DNA of 24,702 nucleotides from a plasmid: sequence record NZ_CP023150.1; one strand, 5' to 3'. Shown piece by piece: positions 1 to 9,051 of this stretch (position 1 is its first letter; each line of letters starts with the position of its first letter). The notes under the pieces were generated by a model. It saw only the letters and a program-made list of their open reading frames with translations, ran no database searches and was not told where the DNA came from. The position numbers and the translations under genes were made by a program.

Positions 1-3
1 CCG

Positions 4-555
4 TCAGATCGTGTGTAATTCGACTGCGGCGCCAAGAACGTCGAGGTAGGCGTGGTTGCCGATCCTGGCTTGCACTACAGCGCCACACACGATGTCTGCG
101 GCCCACAGGGCGGGCTCGCCTCGGCCGATCGCGTGCTCGATCCGCAGTGTGGATTCAATGACGCGTCGTGAACGCAGCAGCTGCATCGTGGCCAGGTCGC
201 TGTCATCGAGTCGTCCGCGGGATTCGAAGGTGATGGTGGAGCAGGGCATGTGGGCCAGGTGTGGGAGCAGGAACTCCATGCATTTTCGCCGGTGCCGCCG
301 GTCGTCTGCGTCTTTGTCGACATGGACGACAACGAATCCGGTGACTGGGAGCTGGGCGACGGCAGCCACCAGTTCGGCGCGGCGCTGGTCGCTGCTGCCG
401 TGCCAGTGGAGTTTCGCCTCGCCGATTCGTAGGCTTTGCAGCGTTTTGCGTATTTCATCGACGTCGGCGTCGTCACACAGCGCGGCGGTGAGCAGGTAAG
501 CGCCTGGGTCCAGGTCTGGCCGCGACCCGCTCTCATCGGCCCAGGCTGTCAGCAC
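4..555 (-). CDS. Hypothetical protein, possibly DUF3800-like (N-terminal W/Y-x-DESG motif)
   Basis: Complete 183-aa ORF with a TGA stop at 4-6. The N-terminus MLTAWADESGS resembles the DUF3800 signature. It is divergent from the Cys-rich gene at 855. Confidence 0.4.
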   Translation of the reverse strand: MLTAWADESGSRPDLDPGAYLLTAALCDDADVDEIRKTLQSLRIGEAKLHWHGSSDQRRAELVAAVAQLPVTGFVVVHVDKDADDRRHRRKCMEFLLPHLAHMPCSTITFESRGRLDDSDLATMQLLRSRRVIESTLRIEHAIGRGEPALWAADIVCGAVVQARIGNHAYLDVLGAAVELHTI

Positions 556-581
556 GCGAAAAGCCTAGTCAGGGGACCAGA

Positions 582-611
582 GTGACCGTTAACCGAAGGG
601 TTGACGGTCAC
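582..611. promoter_or_regulatory. Near-perfect 13-bp inverted repeat GTGACCGTTAACC-gaag-GGTTGACGGTCAC in the divergent promoter region
   Basis: Read directly from the sequence. The arms are reverse complements with one mismatch. It lies between the divergent genes 4-555(-) and 855-1187(+). Confidence 0.35.
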
Positions 612-656
612 GCCAGGGCTCCTGGCCCGGTCAGGGCTCACAATTGGTTCCATGTT

Positions 657-712
657 CACCAGCCGGGCGGATAACCGCGGATGCTATTGCGCCACAAAGC
701 AATTAACGGCAG
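657..712. repeat. Copy A of a conserved ~55-nt motif (caccagccgggcggataacc....atgctattgcgccacaaagcaa...)
   Basis: About 80% identical to 8222-8279, including the 12-nt block atgctattgcgcc and the blocks cggataacc and caaagcaa. It lies about 145 bp upstream of the Cys-rich gene start. Confidence 0.5.
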
Positions 713-854
713 AGCCGGTGCGCTGCGCGGGCCATTCCTCCACCAAACGTTTCATCATTCTTGCCCGCGGGATAACCGTCCTCGATGCTGTTTGACGGGC
801 CGCGACGGCGGGCATTAGGGGTTTCGACAAGGTTCCGACAAGAGAGGGTGTGTC

Positions 855-1187
855 ATGGCAGCAGCGGCAGTACCGACGAAAAATCAGGCCTGTGTGGACG
901 CCTGTACCGAATGCCAGCAGGCCTGCGAATCGTGCGCCTACGCCTGTGCTGAGGACGCACACATGGCCGAATGCACGCGGTTGTGTCTGGATTGCGCGAC
1001 GATCTGCGCGGCATGCGTGAGCCTGCTATCGCGCGGATCGCGGTGGTCCGCGCAGCTGTGCAAGTTGTGCGCCGAGGTGTGCGAGGCGTGCGCGGCCGAA
1101 TGCGAAAAGCACGACAATCAGCATTGCCGCGAATGCGCCCAGGCGTGCCGGCGCTGCGCAGAAGAGTGCCGGTCAATGGCTAGCTGA
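855..1187 (+). CDS. Cysteine-rich four-helix-bundle copper-binding protein (DUF326-type repeated C-x2-C-x3-C-x2-C motifs)
   Basis: The 110-aa protein is about 22% Cys, with repeated CxxxCxxC/CxxC motifs (CTECQQACESCAYAC, CLDCATICAAC, CKLCAEVCEACAAEC, CRECAQACRRCAEEC). It has a good RBS, agagaggg N6 ATG. Confidence 0.7.
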   Translation: MAAAAVPTKNQACVDACTECQQACESCAYACAEDAHMAECTRLCLDCATICAACVSLLSRGSRWSAQLCKLCAEVCEACAAECEKHDNQHCRECAQACRRCAEECRSMAS

Positions 1188-1352
1188 GCGCCGCCTGCTG
1201 CGGCATCACTGGCCCGGCGCTCAATTTAGTTAGTTAATGACCGCCGCCGTGACCTCCAACATGGCCTCCGCCGTGACAGTAGGGGTTTGACCAGGGGCAG
1301 CCGGACGCTGGCCGTGGATTCGCGGCGCCGAAGGCGGGCCAGGCCTTGGGGA

Positions 1353-2063
1353 TTATCGGTGCGCAGCTTCGTTAACGGCGGTCACCGCAGGGGGATGGGG
1401 GCTGCGCCGGTGGTGCAGCACGATGGCTGCGGCTAGAACCAGGCAGGCGACGGCGGGGGGTATCAGCGCGTGGTCGCCGATCCGGTTTCCCAGCAGCACC
1501 CCCGCTGCAGCGCCAGCGACAAATAGCATCACCGTCGTGGTCAGGACGGTGGCCTTCCATTTATCCACCCCGTGGCGAGACCTGCGGCCCAAAAGCAGCC
1601 CGAGGTCGGTGATGGTGCCGGTGAAGTGTGTGGTGCGAATCGGCATCCCGGGAAAGTTGGAGGTCATCCCGTTTTGCAGTCCGCAGGCGCCCGCGGCCAG
1701 CGCTGCCCTGGTGATCGGGTGCTCGATGCCAGCTGCGGCGACGAGCAGCGCGGCCTCAGCCAGCAAGACCGTGGCATGGCGCGGGCCGGTCACGGTCCGC
1801 GTAGCAGCCAGCACCGCGCCCGCGGCGGCGGCCCCGACGAAAAAAGCGGCCACGATTGCGGCGATCATGCGGCCTTGATAAAGAAGCGGATAGGTGCTGT
1901 GCATGCCCGCCTTGGTGGTCAAGGCGGTGAGATTACCGACCGGGAACGCCCATACCAACAGGGCCACCGAGTTGATGAACCCGGCGACGCCGGCCAGCGC
2001 CGCGCTGTAGGCCAGCAGCAACACCGACGGAGCCGCGGTTCTGGGCATGGGCAGGGTAGGCAT
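1353..2063 (-). CDS. DUF1275 (YoaK-family) integral membrane protein
   Basis: The hydrophobic multi-TM sequence has GFINSVALL and THFTGTITDLG motifs typical of DUF1275. Start chosen at ATG 2063 (MPTLPMPRT...), which has a GGACGAG RBS. The longer ORF to 2372 overlaps the Zn-ribbon gene and is rejected. Confidence 0.5.
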   Translation of the reverse strand: MPTLPMPRTAAPSVLLLAYSAALAGVAGFINSVALLVWAFPVGNLTALTTKAGMHSTYPLLYQGRMIAAIVAAFFVGAAAAGAVLAATRTVTGPRHATVLLAEAALLVAAAGIEHPITRAALAAGACGLQNGMTSNFPGMPIRTTHFTGTITDLGLLLGRRSRHGVDKWKATVLTTTVMLFVAGAAAGVLLGNRIGDHALIPPAVACLVLAAAIVLHHRRSPHPPAVTAVNEAAHR

Positions 2064-2097
2064 TCGTCTCGTCCTGTCCGGTAACTGGGGCGGGTCG

Positions 2098-2406
2098 CTA
2101 GTGGCGCCAACCGTGATACCCGCCGTGGTGCCCGCCGTGGTGCTCGTCGTGATCGCCGTAGTAGGGGCGCGAAGGTGGGGGGTTGTAAGCTTGCTGTCCG
2201 TAGCCGGGCTGGTAGCGCGGTGGCGGCGGTGCGGGGGGTGCTTGCTGCTGGTAGTAGGCGGTTTCAGCGTCGATGAGCTGTTCCAGGTTGCCGCGATCAA
2301 GGAATACCCCGCGACAGCCGGTGCATCGGTTGATTTCGACGCCGGCCCTGGCGTAGCTTTCCATATCCGCACCGCACCGCGGGCAGATCATCGTGGTGTC
2401 GCTCAT
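2098..2406 (-). CDS. Zn-ribbon protein (two CxxC pairs) with a Pro/Gln/Tyr-rich linker and a His/Gly-rich C-terminal tail
   Basis: CPRCG ... CTGCRG forms a zinc ribbon. The C-terminus is HDEHHGGHHGGYHGWRH. The RBS GAGGAAAC lies 7 nt upstream. Confidence 0.6.
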   Translation of the reverse strand: MSDTTMICPRCGADMESYARAGVEINRCTGCRGVFLDRGNLEQLIDAETAYYQQQAPPAPPPPRYQPGYGQQAYNPPPSRPYYGDHDEHHGGHHGGYHGWRH

Positions 2407-2448
2407 GAGTTAGGTTTCCTCACTTCCACGGAAAATAGCAGCCGCCGG

Positions 2449-3333
2449 TCAATGGTGCCCGCTGTGCGGGCCATGATGCGTGGGGCCGTAGCCATACCAC
2501 TGATCCGGTGGGGGCCGGTCGGGCGCAGCGGCGGTCCAATCCGGGCTTTGCTGCGGTGGTGGTGACCAATTGGGCGGTCGGCTCGGCCCGCGTAACAGCC
2601 GGGGCCGAGACAACATCTGGCCCAGGGAAAAGCATCGGCCGACGACGTCTCGAAGCGTCGCCTCGATCGATTCGTGCTCGCGAGCCAGACGATGCTCCAA
2701 CAACGGTTGGTCGGGCACCGCGCCCAACACGGTCTGCACTTCGACGAGCAGACCCCGCAGTTGGTGCGGGGCACCGCCAGCGTCGTCGGCTGCCGTGCGC
2801 TCGAAATCGGCCATCGCCAACTCAAGGCGCTCGAACATAATGGCAGCGGCTCTTCTCATCGCGACGAGATGCGAAAAGGGGCACGGCTCGGCGCGGACCC
2901 AGGGCGGAAGTGCTGCTGGGAGTGGTATCTCAGCGGCCACATCGTATCCGGGGTCTGTGGCGGCTCGACGAGTCCTGGCGATCCAGCCTGGAACGTCCGC
3001 GGCGAGCACCCGGATTTGCTCACTGGTGATCTGACTCACAAAACCAGGCGCCGGCGGCGGTCCAGTCGACTCCTCGGCGGCGACGAACTCATCTGCGAGT
3101 GACTGCAAAGCATAGGCCACCCATGCGCACAGCAGCTGGCTGCTTTCTGCCGGCGACATCCTCGATGGGCCGATCCCGGCCCCGACGAGCTCGGTACGTA
3201 CCTGGTCGGCGGTAAGGACGTCCTGGTAGGCCCCTTGCCCAGCTTGCAACCATGACCGGACCCGCTCAACAGGAACTTCGCGGCGCATCACGGTGGCAAT
3301 ACGTGCGAACAGCGATCGCCGCGGACGTGTCAC
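2449..3333 (-). CDS. Hypothetical protein with a Pro-rich, His-rich C-terminus
   Basis: 294-aa ORF with coding-like GC3 and no recognisable domain. It is divergent from the lpqS-like gene. Confidence 0.35.
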   Translation of the reverse strand: MTRPRRSLFARIATVMRREVPVERVRSWLQAGQGAYQDVLTADQVRTELVGAGIGPSRMSPAESSQLLCAWVAYALQSLADEFVAAEESTGPPPAPGFVSQITSEQIRVLAADVPGWIARTRRAATDPGYDVAAEIPLPAALPPWVRAEPCPFSHLVAMRRAAAIMFERLELAMADFERTAADDAGGAPHQLRGLLVEVQTVLGAVPDQPLLEHRLAREHESIEATLRDVVGRCFSLGQMLSRPRLLRGPSRPPNWSPPPQQSPDWTAAAPDRPPPDQWYGYGPTHHGPHSGHH

Positions 3334-3549
3334 AGCACCACGCTACCGGCGCTGAAGAAAACTATCGCATGGCTGACCGCCACTGGCCTTCGTCGAGGGG
3401 GGACAGCGTGGACAGCCGCTCAGACGCCCGCCCGGGCCAGGGCCGGCCGCGCGCAGTAAGGAAGTGGTGCACGCCCGAGCCGGACAACCACCCTCCACGG
3501 AAACGACTTGGGACGCAGATAATTTTCGATGCCAGGCAGCTGCATGAAG

Positions 3550-3566
3550 ATACCGCTGGGGGGTAT
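3550..3566. promoter_or_regulatory. CsoR/RicR-type operator ATACC-GCTGGGGGG-TAT (G-tract flanked by ATACC/GGTAT inverted arms)
   Basis: Read directly. The architecture matches CsoR-family operators (compare B. subtilis copZA operator TACCCTACGGGGGTATGGTA). It lies about 160 bp upstream of the lpqS-like/cysK2/MFS genes. Confidence 0.45.
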
Positions 3567-3725
3567 GCTCTTGCCTGTGTCCGTTCGAGACTTCGATGCG
3601 CCGCTGCTCGCCAGTGGTCGTGGCGTGCTGCGGGTTAACGCGCCGCGGCGGGGTGGCTACGAGTCGGCACCTACGGGTTCAGCCTCGGGTTTTCTGGCTT
3701 TCAGTGCTGGTGGGGTCGGGCTGTC

Positions 3726-4157
3726 ATGAGGTTTGAAGGCGCTAGTGGTAGGTCGCGGCTGCCGGCTGTGGTGGCGGTCGTGGCTGCGCTGTGGATGGCG
3801 GGCTGGCTGCTGGTCATCGGCGCCCATAACGTTGTGGGGGGTTCGCAGTCGGCGGTGTCCCAGCCGGCGGCGCATGCGTTGGTGAGTTCCTTGGATGGTG
3901 GGTTCGCGGTTAACGCGGATTATCCGCATTTGGACAACGGTTCATCGACGCCACACCCTGAGCAGTTCATGACCGCGGTGTTACCGCAGTCGGCCGCCGC
4001 GGCGGCTGCCTTAGGTGTTGTGGTGGTGGCGGCGGCTGCCGTCGCGGGATGGCTGACCTTGCGTGGGGTGCCGGCCGGGCGGGGCCCGCCGGCTGGGTCC
4101 GCCGCTGTTGTCACCGGTCAAGATCGTTTGACCCGGTTCTGTTTGTCTCGTCGCTGA
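3726..4157 (+). CDS. LpqS-like small membrane/secreted protein (positional homolog of lpqS upstream of cysK2)
   Basis: 143-aa ORF with a hydrophobic N-terminus. It sits upstream of cysK2-MFS as in the M. tuberculosis Rv0847-Rv0849 order. No lipobox Cys is seen, so the lipoprotein status is uncertain. Confidence 0.4.
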   Translation: MRFEGASGRSRLPAVVAVVAALWMAGWLLVIGAHNVVGGSQSAVSQPAAHALVSSLDGGFAVNADYPHLDNGSSTPHPEQFMTAVLPQSAAAAAALGVVVVAAAAVAGWLTLRGVPAGRGPPAGSAAVVTGQDRLTRFCLSRR

Positions 4158-4264
4158 CGGGTCAGCGTCAGGTCGTTGCGCCTTAGCGCCGACGGCTGGT
4201 GATCGCTGACCCATGTCACGTGCCGCGCTGTGGTGCGCGGTGTTCGCAGGAAGCGACGATTCAA

Positions 4265-5413
4265 ATGACTGAAGTTCTATCGTTCGACAACACCTATGTT
4301 CAGCCCCTTTCGGCGCTGAAGGTGCATGAGCCGCGGGACTGCGGCCGCGCTGCCCCGGGTACCTATGGGCGTCCCGGCGCGATGGTGGGCCATACCCCGG
4401 TGCTGCGCATTGAGGCGCCGTTGGCCCCGGCCGGGCGGGGGTTTTGGGCCAAGTTGGAGGGATTCAATCCCGGGGGCAGTATGAAAGACCGCCCGGCCAT
4501 GCACATGATCGAACAGGCCCGCGCCCGCGGCGAATTAGCGCCCGGAGCGCGCATCGTGGAATCCACCAGCGGCAGCCTGGGGTTGGGGCTGGCGTTGGCT
4601 GGCCAAGCCTATGGGCATCCGGTCACCGTGGTCACCGACACCGGCATGGAGCCGATCGTGCGCCACATGCTGGCCGCCTACGGCGCCGATGTCGAGCTGG
4701 TCACCGAGCCGCACCCAGTGGGCGGCTGGCAACAGGCCCGCAAAGACCGGGTCGCCCAGCTGCTGGCCGCTCACCCGGGCGCCTGGTGCCCCGACCAGTA
4801 CAGCAACCCCGATAACATCACCGGCTACCAATCCCTGGCCTTAGAGCTGCTCGACCAACTCGGCAACGTCGACGTGCTGGTCTGCTCGGTGGGCACCGGC
4901 GGACACTCCGCCGGCGTGGCGCGGGTGCTGCGCCAATTCAACCCCGACATGAAACTGATCGGGGTCGACACCATCGGCTCGACCATATTCGGTCAACCCG
5001 TCGCCAGCCGACTCATGCGCGGGCTGGGCTCCAGCATTTATCCGCGCAACATCGACTACGACGCCTTCAACGAGGTGCACTGGGTGGCCCCCGCCGAAGC
5101 TGTCTGGGCCGCGCGCACCCTGGCGGCCAGCAATTTCGCCAGCGGCGGCTGGAGCGTGGGCGCAGTGGCGCTGGTGGCCGGTTGGGCCGCGCGCACCTTG
5201 CCCCACGACACTCGGATTGCCGCGGTGTTTCCCGACGGGCCGCAACGCTACTTCGACACCATCTACAACGACGAGTACTGCCGCGAGCACCAGCTGCTGG
5301 ACTGGCAACCCGTCGCCGAGCCCGCGGTCATCACCGACCCCAGCCGGCACGTGGTGACTTCGTGGACCCGCACCACCAACATCACCAACCCCGTACAGGC
5401 CGCAGCAGCATGA
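4265..5413 (+). CDS. cysK2: PLP-dependent cysteine synthase family protein, CysK2-like (S-sulfocysteine synthase type)
   Basis: It has the PLP-Lys motif [11 protein letters not shown] and the Gly-rich loops of the CysK/CBS fold. Start set at MTEVLSF (ATG 4265, RBS GGAAG). The stop overlaps the next start (ATGA). Confidence 0.7.
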   Translation: MTEVLSFDNTYVQPLSALKVHEPRDCGRAAPGTYGRPGAMVGHTPVLRIEAPLAPAGRGFWAKLEGFNPGGSMKDRPAMHMIEQARARGELAPGARIVESTSGSLGLGLALAGQAYGHPVTVVTDTGMEPIVRHMLAAYGADVELVTEPHPVGGWQQARKDRVAQLLAAHPGAWCPDQYSNPDNITGYQSLALELLDQLGNVDVLVCSVGTGGHSAGVARVLRQFNPDMKLIGVDTIGSTIFGQPVASRLMRGLGSSIYPRNIDYDAFNEVHWVAPAEAVWAARTLAASNFASGGWSVGAVALVAGWAARTLPHDTRIAAVFPDGPQRYFDTIYNDEYCREHQLLDWQPVAEPAVITDPSRHVVTSWTRTTNITNPVQAAAA

Positions 5414-7017
5414 ACGACTTCCTGACACGGTTGCGGGGGTTCGACGGGCCCAGCCGGGTACTGATGATCAACCAGTTCGGCATCAACATGGGCTTTTACA
5501 TGCTGATGCCGTATCTGGCCGGGTACCTGGCTGGCCCGCTCGGGCTGGCCGCCTGGGCGGTCGGGTTGGTGCTGGGTGTGCGGAATTTCTCCCAGCAGGG
5601 CATGTTCATCGTGGGCGGCACGCTGGCCGACCGGCTGGGCAACAAGCCGCTGATCGTGGCCGGGTGTCTGCTGCGCACCGGCGGGTTCGCGCTGCTGGTG
5701 GTGGCCCAGTCGTTGCCGGCCGTGCTGATCGCCGCGGCCGCCACCGGTTTCGCCGGCGCCTTGTTCAACCCGGCGGTGCGGGCCTATCTGGCCGCTGATG
5801 CCGGTGATCGCCGCGTGGAGGCCTTCGCCATGTTCAACATCTTCTACCAAGCCGGAATCCTGTTGGGCCCGCTGGTCGGACTGACCCTGCTAGCCGTCGA
5901 CTTTCGGGTCACCGCGGCGGCCGCGGCGGCCGTGTTCGCCGTACTCACCGTGGCGCAGCTGCTGGCGCTGCCCCAACGCGGTGTCGACCCGGCGCCACAG
6001 CAGGCGTCGTTCCTGCAGGACTGGCGAGTCGTCCTGGCCAACCGGCCATTCCTGCTCTTCGCCGCAGCGATGATCGGCGCCTACGTGCTGACCTTCCAGG
6101 TCTACCTGGCGCTGCCGCTACAAGCGGCGATGCTCACCCCGCGATATCAAACATGGTTCGTTGCAGCGTTATTCGCCGTTTCCGGCCTGATCGCAGTCGC
6201 CGGACAACTACGCATCACCGGATGGTTCGCCAGCCGGTGGGGCACCAGACGCAGCCTGGTCATCGGCCTGGCCATCCTGGCGGCCTCGTTCGTGCCGCTG
6301 CTTGTCATCCCCGACGGTCAGCGCTTCGGCACACCGGCCGCGGTGGGCGCACTCCTCATCTCGGCGGCCTTGCTCGCGATCGGCTCGGCCGCAATATTTC
6401 CCTTCGAGATGGACACCGTGGTCAGCCTGGCCGGCAACCGGCTGGTGGGCACCCACTACGGGTTCTACAACACCATCGTCGGGGCCGGAATCCTCATCGG
6501 CAACCTGGCCACCGGAGCCGCCTTCGGCGCCGCCCACCGGCTGGGCGCCGGCGCACTGGTGTGGGGCGGGTTAGTCCTCATCGGCGCCTCCGCCGCACTC
6601 GCGCTGCACCGCCTCGACCCCGCACGCCGCCTACGCCCCGCGTCACCCGCGGTGTCCGGCGCGCAGATCCGGCGCTTATCCGACAGGACAAGTCCAGCCC
6701 GGCGCACCCAAAACAAAGCCACGCCGTTTGTCTCTACCTCACCCGCGGTGTTGAGCACCACGGCAAACGACCCGCGCGCTATCGGCTCTGTGGTGACCGC
6801 AGATAAAGCAACCGCGACCGTCGCACCCAGGCCAGCGATTTGCACCGCTGCCGGTGCGGGGACAGCCCTCGCGGCCAGACACTATGGCCGCACACGCCCA
6901 GCGTTGTCACCCCATCAGCGCCAGACCGCAGCGCATGACACCCAGTTGGCAAGCCGCCTCAGCGCCTCGGTGCGGGTTCGTCTGCGGCCGCCGAAGCCCC
7001 CAACATGGCGACCATAG
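5410..7017 (+). CDS. MFS transporter with an unusual ~115-aa low-complexity C-terminal extension
   Basis: The start ATG overlaps the cysK2 stop. There are 12 predicted TM segments ([13 protein letters not shown]... to ...ALALHRL). The frame stays open to 7017 through an Arg/Pro/Ala/Thr-rich tail. Confidence 0.65.
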   Translation: MNDFLTRLRGFDGPSRVLMINQFGINMGFYMLMPYLAGYLAGPLGLAAWAVGLVLGVRNFSQQGMFIVGGTLADRLGNKPLIVAGCLLRTGGFALLVVAQSLPAVLIAAAATGFAGALFNPAVRAYLAADAGDRRVEAFAMFNIFYQAGILLGPLVGLTLLAVDFRVTAAAAAAVFAVLTVAQLLALPQRGVDPAPQQASFLQDWRVVLANRPFLLFAAAMIGAYVLTFQVYLALPLQAAMLTPRYQTWFVAALFAVSGLIAVAGQLRITGWFASRWGTRRSLVIGLAILAASFVPLLVIPDGQRFGTPAAVGALLISAALLAIGSAAIFPFEMDTVVSLAGNRLVGTHYGFYNTIVGAGILIGNLATGAAFGAAHRLGAGALVWGGLVLIGASAALALHRLDPARRLRPASPAVSGAQIRRLSDRTSPARRTQNKATPFVSTSPAVLSTTANDPRAIGSVVTADKATATVAPRPAICTAAGAGTALAARHYGRTRPALSPHQRQTAAHDTQLASRLSASVRVRLRPPKPPTWRP

Positions 7018-7041
7018 CTTGAGCAAGCGAAGGCGCAAGAC

Positions 7042-8238
7042 ATGGATTTCGCGGCTCTACCGCCGGAGATCAACTCGGCCCGGATGTACGCCGGTCCTGG
7101 CTCGGGGCCGATGCTGGCCGCCGCAGCGACCTGGGACGGACTGGCCGACGAACTGTATACGGCGGCGACCTCCTACTCCTCGGTGGTATCAGGTCTGACC
7201 AGCGGGCCATGGCTGGGCCCGTCGTCGGCGGCGATGGCGGCCGCGGCCGTGCCCTATGTGGCGTGGCTGACCACCACCGCCGGCCAGGCCCTACAAACCG
7301 CCAACCAAGCCCGGGCGGCCGCGCTGGCCTACCAGAGCGCGTTCGCGATGACGGTGCCCCCACCGGTGATCGCCGCCAACCGCAGCCTGCTGATGACGCT
7401 GATCGCCACCAACGTGCTGGGCCAAAACACCCCGGCGATCGCGGCCACCGAAGCCCAATACGCCGAAATGTGGGCCCAGGATGCTGCCGCCATGTACGGC
7501 TACGCCGCCAGCTCGGCAGCCGCGGCCACGCTGACCCCCTTCACCTCACCTCAACCGACAACCAACCCCGCCGGGCCGGCCGGCCAAGCCGCCGCCGTCG
7601 GGCAAGCCGCCGCCACCACCGCCGGCAACACCCAGGCCACGCTGTCCCAGCTGACCACCGCGTTACCCCAAACCCTGCAAAGCCTCGCCTCACCCACCCC
7701 GTCCACCCCGCCGCTGTCCTCGCTGAGCTCACTCAACACGGTTATGTCGTCGATGAGTTCACTCGGATGGATCACCAGTGCGGGCCTGTCCAACGTCAAC
7801 CAAATAAAATCGTTGTTCCCGGCCACGACAGCCGGCAGCGCAGCTACATCGCCGAGCTCAGCCCTGCCCGGCGGGCTCGGTTCCGCCACGAACGCACTGG
7901 GGTCCGCGAAGTCGACCGGCCTGCTAAGCCCCAGCTCGTCGGGCGGGGCGGATACCACAATGTCGGCTGCCAGCGGGCGATCCGGCACCATCGGAACACT
8001 GTCCGTGCCCCCCAGCTGGGCCACCCGGGCCGCCCCAACAATCAGCCCGCTCGCCTCGCCACTCCCCATCAGCAGCACGAACGCCCCCGCCCCGGCCACA
8101 GCGGGTACACCAGCCGGCAAGTACGGCGCGCCGCTAGCGACGCCGTCGACCGGACGCAATGAAAGCAATTCACCAGCCAACCCAGCCCGATTCAACCCCC
8201 GCCCCACAATCATCCCACACTCACCAGCCGGCGGATAA
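7042..8238 (+). CDS. PPE family protein, SVP subfamily
   Basis: It has an [21 protein letters not shown]-terminal PPE domain and a [12 protein letters not shown] motif. The C-terminus is rich in Ala/Ser/Thr/Pro. Confidence 0.85.
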   Translation: MDFAALPPEINSARMYAGPGSGPMLAAAATWDGLADELYTAATSYSSVVSGLTSGPWLGPSSAAMAAAAVPYVAWLTTTAGQALQTANQARAAALAYQSAFAMTVPPPVIAANRSLLMTLIATNVLGQNTPAIAATEAQYAEMWAQDAAAMYGYAASSAAAATLTPFTSPQPTTNPAGPAGQAAAVGQAAATTAGNTQATLSQLTTALPQTLQSLASPTPSTPPLSSLSSLNTVMSSMSSLGWITSAGLSNVNQIKSLFPATTAGSAATSPSSALPGGLGSATNALGSAKSTGLLSPSSSGGADTTMSAASGRSGTIGTLSVPPSWATRAAPTISPLASPLPISSTNAPAPATAGTPAGKYGAPLATPSTGRNESNSPANPARFNPRPTIIPHSPAGG

Positions 8239-8279
8239 CCAAGAATGCTATTGCGCCCCAAAGCAACTCATAACAGCAG
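8222..8279. repeat. Copy B of the conserved ~55-nt motif (caccagccggcggataacc....atgctattgcgccccaaagcaa...)
   Basis: Matches 657-712. It overlaps the PPE stop codon (TAA within ggataacc). It lies about 210 bp upstream of the 86-aa ORF at 8491. Confidence 0.5.
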
Positions 8280-8490
8280 GGCTCTTGAAGGCACCGTGCC
8301 CCGGCAGCGAAAATCGGGCACACCCCCATGCTCGTGCCGCCGTCTCCTGTCGCCGGCGCCGGCACAACTTATCAGCCAACCACGCGGGCGTGCTCAGTGT
8401 TTGGTTTCAGCTTCTCATCTACGACGGCCGCCAACCACATAGTCGGATCTGGATCAGCAGCTTCCCTCCGCAACGATTAGGAACTGGTTA

Positions 8491-8751
8491 ATGATGAACT
8501 GCGACTCAAAGGTGGCCTGGCTACTTGCCGATGCGGCAGACCCCTGCCTTACCGGAGACGAGCGCACCATGGTTTACGTCGAATTAGGCTGCGGCGAAAA
8601 CCATCTTGCGATCGAACGCATCCTGGCCGTCGTGGTAGAAAACCGCTTGCCGCTGCCCGCCGCGCTCCTGAACATGCTCAACACCTGGCTAGACCAATAC
8701 GCTGGCAGCCCTGAAGAGCAGCGGCTGCGGACGCTAATCGACAAGATTTAA
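8491..8751 (+). CDS. Hypothetical small protein (86 aa)
   Basis: The RBS AGGAA lies 8 nt upstream of ATGATG. No recognisable domain. Confidence 0.35.
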   Translation: MMNCDSKVAWLLADAADPCLTGDERTMVYVELGCGENHLAIERILAVVVENRLPLPAALLNMLNTWLDQYAGSPEEQRLRTLIDKI

Positions 8752-8767
8752 CCCGCGTAAGCGCGGG
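8752..8767 (+). terminator. Short GC hairpin CCCGCG-taag-CGCGGG immediately after the stop of the 86-aa ORF (no U-tract)
   Basis: Read directly. Mycobacterial terminators often lack U-tracts. Weak call. Confidence 0.2.
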
Positions 8768-9051
8768 TGCTCGTCACAGCAATCGGCGAGGTAACACTTC
8801 GAAGACGGCATGGAGCTGGCGTTCAACCCTCCGGCGCGCCATCACTGGATTCCACGCGTTACAGGCGATCTAATCGAGATCGCCGATGATGCCATCAAGC
8901 ATTCGGCGTCCGACGACCGTTTCCTCCGTACGCAACCTCTGCACCCCTGGCCTCCAGCAGCCCAAAAACCTGAAACCACTTGGGGGCCAATGATCGCCGC
9001 CTAACTTAACCGGCGGCGCGATGCTGCGGACTCCGCGTAGTCGAGGCCCAA

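Noticed and set aside
1353-2372. 339-aa version of the DUF1275 ORF with a Thr/Pro-rich N-terminal extension
   Set aside because: The extra 103 codons overlap the well-supported Zn-ribbon gene (2098-2406) on the same strand in another frame and have no RBS. An internal ATG at 2063 with an RBS gives a normal-size DUF1275 protein.
5182-5409. 76-codon N-terminal extension of the MFS ORF (start 5182)
   Set aside because: It overlaps the end of cysK2 in another frame. ATG 5410 gives a canonical MFS N-terminus and ATGA translational coupling.
7209-8261. ORFs 7209-8162(+) and 7551-8261(-) of 236-317 aa
   Set aside because: They overlap the PPE gene in alternative frames or strands. The PPE frame carries the diagnostic PPE and SVP motifs.
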